Shown here one piece after another: positions 9,420-18,900 of a stretch of 64,000 nucleotides of DNA. This DNA comes from an uncultured Bacilli bacterium (GTDB lineage Bacteria; Bacillota_I; Bacilli_A; RF39; UBA660). The translations under genes and the position numbers were made by a program. Position 1 is the first letter of the stretch. Each line of letters opens with the position of its first letter. The notes under the pieces were generated by a model. The model was not told where the DNA came from, did no database searches, and worked only from the letters and a program-made list of their open reading frames with translations. The stretch spans positions 68,631-132,630 of the forward strand of contig CALVOV010000001.1 in the NCBI GenBank assembly GCA_944350385.1. Reading direction: 5' to 3'.

Positions 9420-10190
9420 GTGAAAAAAGTTGATAGTGATTTAGAAAAAGAAATCGAAGAAATAAACTCAGAAAAACAAATTATTACTGATAAAACTACA
9501 AGATATGGTAATGAAAAATTAGTTCGTTGTTCAAAATGTGGTCAATATATGCGAATAAGTGCTAGATGTTGTACCCATTGTGGAGAGTTAAATTATTTGA
9601 ATCAGAGAAATGATCGAATAAAGCCAATATTTTTTTTAGGAAAAAAGTTAAAAGCTAAAGAAGATGCAAAAAAAGCTAGAGAAGAAGAAAAATATTATGC
9701 TGGAATTGATGGAAAAGGTCGTACAAAAAAACAAAGGATATACTTGTATACTAAGAGATTGACAGCTTTATGTATAATTATCTTCTTAGCAATTGCTATT
9801 TTAAATATTCAAGATATTTATAGATTCACAGCAGACTTTAGAGCTAAATCATATTTGAATCAAGTAGATAAAATTATTACGCAATTTGATAATGACGTTA
9901 AAAATAATGTATGTGAACTAAGTACTAGTGATGATGGTAGTATTTACTTTAGTTTTTATGAATCACCTGATTTTTTTAAAACTTCAATTTCCTTATATAC
10001 TTTTGACTACTTTCATGGTTTCATAAGAATTACTGATAATGGTAATGGAGAATATAATTATTATCTTTCAATTAGCGATGGTAAGTATGGATTTGAAGAT
10101 ATTTTGTATAATGATGATTTAGATATAAGTGTTGTTAAAAAATTAAATGAAGATATTAGAGTTCCTGCTAGTTCTGTTACTTGTAAATAA
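9420..10190 (+). CDS. Zinc-ribbon / single-TM protein
   Basis: GTG start 7 nt after aaaggtggg. CSKCG...CTHCG ribbon, basic linker, TM helix LTALCIIIFLAIAIL, and an extracytoplasmic domain with two Cys. Confidence 0.55.
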   Translation: MKKVDSDLEKEIEEINSEKQIITDKTTRYGNEKLVRCSKCGQYMRISARCCTHCGELNYLNQRNDRIKPIFFLGKKLKAKEDAKKAREEEKYYAGIDGKGRTKKQRIYLYTKRLTALCIIIFLAIAILNIQDIYRFTADFRAKSYLNQVDKIITQFDNDVKNNVCELSTSDDGSIYFSFYESPDFFKTSISLYTFDYFHGFIRITDNGNGEYNYYLSISDGKYGFEDILYNDDLDISVVKKLNEDIRVPASSVTCK

Positions 10191-10227
10191 ATGGTTGATA
10201 TTTCAAATAATATGTGTTATATTAGTA

Positions 10228-10420
10228 ATCAGAAATCGATAATTAGAGATAATAATAAGAATGTTTATCATAGAGAATTCGTGGTTGGTGGAAACGATAT
10301 AGACGCTTATTTGTCTACTCTATAGTGAGTTTAATAAACTCCGGTGTTTACCGTTATTTAAATTAAGATAAATAAAGGATGGTACCGTGCTTTGCACTCC
10401 TTGGTACTATCCTTTTTTAT
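10228..10420 (+). promoter_or_regulatory. T-box riboswitch leader (Ser-specific) of serS
   Basis: Stem-I elements (AGAGA twice, distal GGTGGAAAC). T-box sequence AAAGGATGGTACCGTGC at 10374-10390. 13-bp terminator helix 10374-10386/10403-10415 plus a U-run. Candidate specifier UCU-A at 10314-10317. Confidence 0.8.
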
Positions 10421-10439
10421 TTTAAAAAGGAGGATTTAT

Positions 10440-10532
10440 ATGTTTGTTATGGAGACTAAAGTCTCGAATATTAGTAGTATATTTGAAAATAATAAAAATA
10501 TAGATAGAGGTGTAGAATATGATAGATATTAA
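10440..10532 (+). CDS. Possible 30-aa upstream ORF between T-box terminator and serS
   Basis: Perfect AAGGAGGA SD at 10427-10434, 5 nt before the ATG. Encodes MFVMETKVSNISSIFENNKNIDRGVEYDRY and overlaps the serS ATG by 14 nt. No homology evidence. Confidence 0.25.
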   Translation: MFVMETKVSNISSIFENNKNIDRGVEYDRY

Positions 10533-11808
10533 ATTAATTAGAGAAAATACTGAATTAGTAAAGGAAAATATTAAAAAGAAATTTCAAAATGAAAAGTTAC
10601 CTTTAGTTGATGAGGTAAAAGATTTAGATGTAAAAGTACGTGATGTACAAGTTAGAGCTGATAATTTAAAAGCTGATAAAAATAAGAAAAGTACTGAAAT
10701 AGGAAAATTAATGGCTCAAGGTAAAAAAGATGAAGCTGAGAATATAAAAAAGGAAATCACTACTATGAGTGATGAAATAAAAAAATTAGAGGAAGAACAA
10801 GAAAAATTAAATAAACGCATTAAAGATATTATGATGGTTATTCCTAATATTATGGATCCTTCTGTACCAATTGGTGAAGATGACACTAAAAATGTTGAAG
10901 TTCAAAGATTTGGAGAACCAAAAGTTCCAGCTTATGAAGTTCCACATCATGCTGATATTATAGCAAGATTTAATGGATTGGATAAAGAAAGTGCAGGTAG
11001 AACTAGTGGTGAAGGTTTTTATTACTTAATGGGAGACATTGCAAGACTTCATGAAGCTATGTTAGCATGTGCTAGAGATTACATGATTAATGCTGGATTT
11101 ACCTATGTTATTCCTCCATTTATGATTCATAGTGATGTTGTTACTGGCGTTATGAGTTTTCCTGAAATGGAAGCTATGATGTACAAAATTGAAGGTGAAG
11201 ATTTATATTTGATTGGTACTTCTGAACATAGTATGATTGGAAAGTTTAAAGGTCAAATTATTGATAAGGCCACTTTACCAATTAATATGACTAGTTATTC
11301 TCCTTGCTTTAGAAAAGAGGGTGGAAGCCATGGTTTAGAAGAACGTGGTTTGTATCGTGTTCATCAATTTGAAAAGCAAGAGATGATAGTTATTTGCGAA
11401 CCTGAAGATTCAATGGCTTGGTATGATAAGATGTGGAAATTAACTGTTGATTTATTTAGAAGCTGGGATGTTCCTGTAAGACAATTAGAATGTTGTAGTG
11501 GAGATTTAGCTGATTTAAAAGTAAAATCTTGTGATGTAGAAGCATGGAGCCCAAGACAACAAAAATATTTTGAAGTTGGTAGTTGTAGTACTTTAGGTGA
11601 TGCTCAAGCTAGACGTTTAGGAATTAGAGCAAAAGGAGATAAAGGAACATATTATTTACATACATTAAATAATACTGTAGTAGCAACTCCTCGTGGTTTA
11701 ATTGCTGTATTAGAAAATAATTATCAAGAAGATGGTTCTGTATTAATACCAGAAGTTTTACAACCTTATATGGGCGGTAAAAAAGTTATAAAACCTCAAC
11801 AAAAATAG
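10519..11808 (+). CDS. serS: Seryl-tRNA synthetase
   Basis: N-terminal coiled-coil arm, class II motif 2 (CFRKEGGSHG) and motif 3 (TLNNTVVATPRGLIAVLEN). Preceded by a T-box leader. Confidence 0.95.
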   Translation: MIDIKLIRENTELVKENIKKKFQNEKLPLVDEVKDLDVKVRDVQVRADNLKADKNKKSTEIGKLMAQGKKDEAENIKKEITTMSDEIKKLEEEQEKLNKRIKDIMMVIPNIMDPSVPIGEDDTKNVEVQRFGEPKVPAYEVPHHADIIARFNGLDKESAGRTSGEGFYYLMGDIARLHEAMLACARDYMINAGFTYVIPPFMIHSDVVTGVMSFPEMEAMMYKIEGEDLYLIGTSEHSMIGKFKGQIIDKATLPINMTSYSPCFRKEGGSHGLEERGLYRVHQFEKQEMIVICEPEDSMAWYDKMWKLTVDLFRSWDVPVRQLECCSGDLADLKVKSCDVEAWSPRQQKYFEVGSCSTLGDAQARRLGIRAKGDKGTYYLHTLNNTVVATPRGLIAVLENNYQEDGSVLIPEVLQPYMGGKKVIKPQQK

Positions 11809-11817
11809 TAAACCCTC

Positions 11818-11843
11818 AGCAGACTTAGATGTCTGCTTTTTTT
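11818..11843 (+). terminator. Rho-independent terminator after serS
   Basis: 7-bp stem agcagac/gtctgct, 6-nt loop, T7 run. Confidence 0.8.
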
Positions 11844-12577
11844 ATGTAATAAATAAAGTAAGAGGTAATAAGAATGTCAGCTTTTAAAATTATTTATCTA
11901 TTTTTCATAAAAACTTTAAAAATTATCGATTGTAATTTAGATATAAAGAAAAATATGCTATTATTATGCTTGCAATTAACTGACTTATGAAATTTTATGT
12001 ACTAAATAAATTATTTGAAAATCAAGTATTGGATATTGGATGTCATGTGAAAGTAGAAAAAACGCTGAAGTAAGTGATATTTTTTATCATCAACGTTAAT
12101 GGAAAATAGGATGATAGAATTATAGTAAGTTCAAAAAGTATAAAACTTATGTGTAATTTGTTGATAAAATGAGTAATTTATAATCTGATAGGAAATTTTA
12201 TTCTTGTTAGTCATATGTGAAATGAAAATGTTTTATTAGAAACTCATATTTCTATGATGAAAGATATTTATAAAACTTATGTCAAATTATCAATATTCTA
12301 TTGTTTTAATAGGATCTATCTATGAAAATGTGGGCGAAGAAAAGAGATACAGGATTAAATATTTCTATTTCTAATTCAACATGAGTCATTAAAAGAAATA
12401 ACACAAAAATTAAAACATATAAAGAAAATACAGCAATTGTTATCATATATAATGGGATATGATAATGATTAATAATTACCAAATCAAACTATATTGTAAG
12501 ATGATGGCTATCAAGTAATATCCTCAGAATGTTAAAAGAATATACTAATAAGAATAAGCAAACAAGATAAAAAAGTG

Positions 12578-12608
12578 TTGACTTGCCAGTCAACTGCTCT
12601 GTTAGTAT
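12578..12608 (+). promoter_or_regulatory. MerR-type promoter/operator
   Basis: -35 TTGACT and -10-like TAGTAT separated by 19 nt. A perfect dyad TTGACTtgccAGTCAA (12578-12593) overlaps the -35 and spacer. Confidence 0.4.
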
Positions 12609-12629
12609 TAAGTCGAGAGGAGGAAATTT

Positions 12630-13062
12630 TTGAGTAAAGGAGTAGATCATAAATATATAAAATTGGAGATTTTTCAAAAATAGTTAATATTCCTGTTAGA
12701 ACTTTAAGATACTATGCAGAATATGGTGTGTTAGTACCAAGTGAAGTAGATAAATTTACTGGCTATAAGTATTATAGTGAAGCTAACGTTATTGAATGCG
12801 AACTTATTAAATTATTAAAATCATAGATTTTACATTAGATGAAATCATTGAACATAAAGATAATATCAATGAAGAAATATTAGAAAAAAAGAGAAAAGAA
12901 ATTGAAGAAAGAATGTATTTATTAAAACTAAAGTATGAAAGATTAACATATATGAAAGAAAAAATAAAAAATAAAAATGTTTATACAAGAATTAATGAAA
13001 CAGAAGAAGAAAAAGTACTAAGGAGAAAATATGAAAAAAGAACTATTGGAAAGTGTTCTTAA
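12630..13062 (+). pseudogene. MerR-family transcriptional regulator, disrupted by two frameshifts
   Basis: TTG 12630 follows a gagaggagg RBS. The HTH reads YKIGDFSKIVNIPVRTLRYYAEYGVLVPS...TGYKYYSE in a second frame from 12656. A TAG at 12824 is followed by DFTLDEIIEH...coiled coil in a third frame. Confidence 0.6.
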
Positions 13063-14364
13063 TGCGCATAAAAATTTAATTGTTGAGGGAGATATTGCAT
13101 CAGGAAAAAGTAAGAATGTATTATTTCCTATTGTTGATAATGCTATTGAAAAAAAGAAAGCCTATTTATATTGGATTCCAAAGAAGAATATATAAATAGA
13201 TACTATGATAAGTTAAAATCAAATAATTATAATACTATAATAATAAATTTAAGAGATATGGATAAAAGTGAAGGTTGGAATCCATTAGAGTATCCATATA
13301 ATTTATATAAAAATGGTGATAAAGATAAGGCACAGGAATATCTTGAAAAAATAGGAAAAATTATTTTTCATGAATATTCTAGTCAAGATCCATTTTGGAT
13401 ATTAACAGCATCTGATTTCTTTACAGGAGTAACACTTGCTTTATTTGAAGACGGAAGTGCAAATGAAGTAAATTTAAATAGTGTTAATAATATGTTTAAT
13501 GAAGTTGATAAAAAAATTGGTGCAAGTGATTATATTACTGAATATTTTAAATCAAAAGGTGTTGCTTCAAAACCTTATATTTTTGCTTCAACAACATTTT
13601 TGGCACCAAAGGATACCAAAGAAAGTATTCTATCAGTTGCTAGACAAAAATTAAGATTGTATGTATCAAGAGAAAAATTATCACAACTTATGAATAAAAC
13701 AACATTTAATTTTGAAGATATAGCAAAGAAACCATCTGCAATAATTTTAATTTCACGAGATGAAAACAATTCTTTAAATTCGATATCAGCAATGTTTATC
13801 GAACAATTATATGCAGTATTAGTTGATTTAAAAGTAAAAAATAGATTTAATTTAATTTTGGATAATTTTGATAATATTGAAAAGTGCAATGATTTGGTCG
13901 ATATACTAGGATCTTGTATTTCAAGAAATATTAAAACGTATATTGCAACTCGTTCATTATTAGAACTTACAAATATATATGGAAGCTATATGCCAAAATT
14001 ATGTGATCTATTATCTATTGGAAATGATGATATACGATTAGTTATCAATAATGTTGAACAAAAAATGGATAAAGATTTTAAAACTGTTACTATTCAAAAT
14101 GGAAACATTGAATATCCAAAATTAAGTATTACTGATATTAAATTGTTTGATTTGGAGAAATTTGTTAAAGATATCAAAATACAACAATTAGAAAATATTG
14201 ATTTTGATAGCACTAATCTAGGTGAATTATTTGATGTAGATGCTTTAATAAAAAGCATAGACGAAAAAATAGCTCAAATTGAAATGAAAGAAAAAATAGA
14301 AAATAATAAAGAAAAAGAAGAAATTAAACCGAAAGCAAATAAGTCTAAAATAATAGATATTTAA
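13031..14364 (+). pseudogene. TraG/VirD4-like type IV coupling protein ATPase without TM domain, split by a frameshift in an A7 tract
   Basis: Fragment 1 (13031-13195) carries Walker A EGDIASGKSKNVLFP. Fragment 2 (frame open from 13150) continues SLFILDSKEEY...EGWNPLEYP...DPFWILTASDFF...NLILDNFDNI. The frames meet at A7 13149-13155. Confidence 0.5.
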
Positions 14365-14703
14365 TTATACTGGTTGTATAGCAAATTTTGATAGATTATA
14401 TGATACAGATAAAAATTATATGAAAAACTTATTTTAAAAGCTTGTTTTTTAGAAGTAATCTCAAAACGTAATATTAGATGTAAACATTATAAGAGTATTT
14501 GTAGTATACAATTTAAACTGATGAAATTAATTCAGAAATTTATATATGTATGTCAAATTATTATGATTACAGTGAAACATTATTAAATTTACATATTAAG
14601 AGTCATTAGTTATAAATAATTTATTATAAAAAGATATATCATTTTGATATATTTTTTTTATGAATTGTTATATAATTGATTTATATGATATGGAGGATTG
14701 ATT

Positions 14704-15861
14704 ATGATAAAAGTTGACTATATTTCGACTAGAGATATTAATAGGGTGGCTAAAATACATAGTAATAAGAAATATTATAATTGGATTATGAAAATCGTAG
14801 ATAATGAATATAGATTTTATCCTCCTATTGTTATTGAAGATGATGATGAATATGATGATTTTGATTTTAATACAGAAGAGGATAATTTTGAATTTGATGG
14901 TTTATTTAAGACAGAAGATTTGAAGTTTAACTTACCAATGTTTGGTGAACTTTGGGAAAATACTACTAAATTTTTTAAAGAAGAAAAATTCAAGTTTGTA
15001 AATATATTGGAATCTAATTTAGAAAAGAAAATGCATACTATAAAGAAGGGAATGAATTCATTAGCTAAAGTAGAAAAATATACATGTGGTAATAATTTTT
15101 ATAAATTATATCGTGTTAGACAAAATAATAGTTGTGAAAGTAAAATGAAAAGGTACGGAGGTGCTTTAATGAAATCTTATAAAATTACTACAAATATGTC
15201 TTCTAGGATAAAAAAAGAAAAAGCTAATGAAGATTTAATTAGAGGGATATCTAAAAATTTGACTACTGTTATTAAGAAAAAACAGTATGAGAAAGAATTG
15301 ACTTTGGCGACTTTACAAAAAATATTAAAGAAAGAAAAGTGTCAAAAGAAAGAAAAAGATATTTTTCAAATTATTACTAAATATAATACATCAAAAGTTA
15401 ATAAACCATCTCATGTGATTGAAGAATCTATCACTAAATTAATTAGTGAATGTAATACTTTTAAAAATATTAAATTAGATTATAGTTATAAGACTAGTAA
15501 TTACTCTAGAAAACAAGAATTGGAGTTAATAAGATTAGCGAAGAATAATTGTTATTATAAAAATATATTTTTTGGTGCTGTAAATTTTGATATTGGTTGT
15601 AGTGATTATGAATTAAAACAAAAAGAACAAGACATCATGAATTTAGTTAAAGAGTGTAGGAATATAGATAGTATTCAAAATACTAGATTAAAAAATTATG
15701 AGATTTCAATCATTAATATGGCCAAAGAATTTAAAGATATTAAAGAAATTCCAGATATTAAAGTTAGTAAAAATATGGCCTTTGTTGCTAGAATTAGTAA
15801 ATTTTTGCAGCAAAAGAAAGAAGAAATTGAAATTTTATCTTTTGATGAAGAATATGCATAA
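14704..15861 (+). CDS. Hypothetical Lys-rich protein
   Basis: ATG 14704 is 6 nt after tggagga, with TATAAT at 14671-14676. ~385 aa with an acidic patch (EDDDEYDDFDFNTEEDNFEFD). No motif recognised. Confidence 0.5.
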   Translation: MIKVDYISTRDINRVAKIHSNKKYYNWIMKIVDNEYRFYPPIVIEDDDEYDDFDFNTEEDNFEFDGLFKTEDLKFNLPMFGELWENTTKFFKEEKFKFVNILESNLEKKMHTIKKGMNSLAKVEKYTCGNNFYKLYRVRQNNSCESKMKRYGGALMKSYKITTNMSSRIKKEKANEDLIRGISKNLTTVIKKKQYEKELTLATLQKILKKEKCQKKEKDIFQIITKYNTSKVNKPSHVIEESITKLISECNTFKNIKLDYSYKTSNYSRKQELELIRLAKNNCYYKNIFFGAVNFDIGCSDYELKQKEQDIMNLVKECRNIDSIQNTRLKNYEISIINMAKEFKDIKEIPDIKVSKNMAFVARISKFLQQKKEEIEILSFDEEYA

Positions 15862-15887
15862 AAGTAAGTTTTCCTTACTTTTTTTAT
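15862..15887 (+). terminator. Rho-independent terminator
   Basis: 7-bp stem aagtaag/cttactt plus a T-run, directly after the stop at 15861. Confidence 0.7.
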
Positions 15888-15964
15888 TTATCTATTTTAA
15901 AATTTTTCATTTGTTAGTATAATTATAGTATATGTAAAAGTATATAAAGATAGGAAGTGGAGTA

Positions 15965-18900
15965 ATGAAAAAAAGTGCTTTTCTAATAGCCATGATATTA
16001 TTAGTGGTATTTAGTTTTACTATGTTTTTTATTACACGTTTTGATACATCAACTTTAATTGCCAGAGATGGATTTTTTGTATCTGGGACACAATTAGATG
16101 AAGTTTTACTTAATGAAAATAAACTTGCTAAAAGTGAAAGTGTTAATTTGGAAAAGATTTCTTCTTTAGATACTATGTATGTTAATTTGGATAAGATTTA
16201 CGTTGGTGAAGAAAAAAAGATTGAGGTTAATACTATTTATCCTTTATTTATCAATAATGGTTTAGGTATTGTTAATCTTGACGATAAATCTAAATTAATT
16301 AATAAAAAATTTGAATTATTTGATACTTATGAAAATTTTACCATTACTGGTGGAAAACTTTATAATTTTGGTGACTTTGAACAAGCTGATTATGAAGATT
16401 ATATTTTGTTACAGCTTTCAAATGGTACATATGTAAATTTATTAGATATGAGCCTTGAAACGATGAGTGGAAATTATTCTATTATGACTAATAGTATTAT
16501 CAATTTTCAAGAAAGTTATATTAATTATTACTATTACGATACTGAAGGTAAGTTAGTTTATAAGATTATTGATGGACTTAGTTTAGATAATACTATTTCG
16601 TTTGGTAAAAATAATTATACATATCAAGAATTTTTGGTGGGTATTGAAAAGATGACTTTACCAGAAGATGATACTATTATCGAAGATGAAGATGATTCAA
16701 GTGATGATGATTATATTATTGGAGAAAATGATAACAATAATAATACTAATTCTGGTACTAGCAGTGGTGAAAAAAAATATGTTGCTCCTAAAGTTAGTGT
16801 TACTAATTTTACAGCCAATGTTTATTCAGCTGATGCTACTCTTTCAATATCTGATCCTTCTAGAGTTATAGTTGGAGGAATTAATTTTCAATTTTTTGTT
16901 GATGATAAAGTATTTTTACGTAAAACTTTTTTAAATAGCGGTAATATTGAAGTTGCTGGATTAGTTCCTAATACTACTTTTAAAATTGTTGGTACATATA
17001 AGTATTATAACGAAGAAAGTAAAAAGATGGAGATGACTTTCTTTGAACAAGAGCTTACTACATTAGGTGTAGAAAATCTTGAACCTATCTCTTTAGAATT
17101 TGATAATGGGGTTATTTATCCTAATAAAATAGAATTAAATAATCTTAAAATATCATCTAATTTGCAAAGTGAGACTGTTAAGGGTGTTAATAAAGCAATT
17201 ATAATTATAAATGGTGAGCAGTTTAGTATTGCTACTGGAAAACTTACAGAGATTATTAATGGAAGAAGTATTACTTATACATCTCCAGCTAAAATAGAAT
17301 CTAATACAGTTATTAATTATGAAATTAAATTGTTAGATGCTTATTCTAATGAGATAAAGTTAGTTAATAATTCTGGAGTTACTAGAACAAGTAAAAATGC
17401 TCCAACTACTTCTATTAAAGTTGCTGATAGTGCTGTTAATGAGGTTAAATTAATTGCTAATTTAAAAAATATAGATAATGTTAATATCAATGATTATCGT
17501 TATGTAATTAGTGATGCAAATGGAACTATCTTTGAAGAAAAATCATTAAATTCTAATGAAGATAGTCAAGAAATAATTTTAAAAAATTTAAATCCAAATA
17601 CTACTTATAGTGTTGTGGTTTATGGAAATTATGATATTGAAAATGGTCAAGGTACAATGATTAATCAAGTGATGGGTGAAGGAAAGTTTACAACTTCTCC
17701 TTTATCTAGTTTGGGATTTTTTAGAGTTACAGCAACACCATTAGATTTGACAAGTTCTTCTGTAACTATTAGTTCTAGTTTAGATATTAATAATGTTTCA
17801 GCTATCTTATTAGAATTACTTAATAGTTTAACTATTTCTATTACTGATGAACAAGATAACATAGTATTTACACATACTTATAATGGTGATGCTTTGGATT
17901 TAATTCGTTCAGGCGAAGAATTTTCTATTGATTTAGATGGTTTATCATCTGTTACAACTTATAATGTTAATTATAGTGCGACAGTCAAGCAAGGTACTGT
18001 AGTTGAAGCAATTAATGTTTTATGTTCACTTAAATCTTTTAAAACTTATAAATTAGATGCTGAAGTACAAATACAAAAAGAGTTTGTTACTTCCAATATG
18101 ATAGATTTTGATGTTCGTGTTGTTGATTTAGATGGAGCGATTGAAAGTGGACGTGTTTTACTTGAGGTTCGTGATTCCATTGGTACTTTAGTAGCAAAAG
18201 AATACTTAGATATTAATGCAGATTATGTTCAACTTACTTATTCTCAATTGGAGGCAAGCCAAAAATATACTTTTAATTATATAGCTGAGGAATATAATAA
18301 AGGATTTTCTAATGCAACTTATGAGGGTGATTATAAGTTATTATCTAAGGATATAGTAACTGAAGAAGGTATTAGTGGGGAGATAAAACTTATTAATCTA
18401 TTACGTGATATTACAGGTAAGAATTTATTTAATTTGGAAGATTATAATCGTATTCGTAAAGAAGGAAATACTGGTTATAAGGAATATGATGTTCAAAATA
18501 ACACTGTAATGTTTGGAGCTAAAAATGGTTATGTTACATATTCTTATTTTCTACCTGAAGCTTATCATAAAGTAGTAAATTTATCTTTTAAGGCTAGATA
18601 TAATGAAGATACCCAAAATACTGCTCCTGTTTATATTTCTTTAGGTTATGGAAATAATAGAAATTATGCGGTAACTAATTTAACTGATCAATATAAAGAA
18701 TATAGTTTTACTTTTTATTCTACTTCTAATTATATTGGATTTAATATATATGAAACTGCTAATGCTAATAAAAAGACAACCGTTGATTTTAAAGATATAC
18801 AAATTTTAAGTCTTGATGAAGAAGCATTTTTAAATACTGAAAATTCTATGTCAATTCATCCATCACGTTATATTTTCTCAGATACTATTATGATAGATGG

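Noticed and set aside
12489-12677. 62-aa minus-strand ORF
   Set aside because: It lies across the MerR-type promoter/RBS region in otherwise stop-riddled DNA. It has a TTG start, no RBS and a junk-like hydrophobic sequence.
13575-13889. 104-aa minus-strand ORF
   Set aside because: It is antisense to the T4CP-like reading frame, which has recognisable motifs.
15698-15922. 74-aa plus-strand ORF overlapping the end of 14704-15861
   Set aside because: It is out of frame with the longer ORF and runs through the terminator hairpin at 15862-15887.
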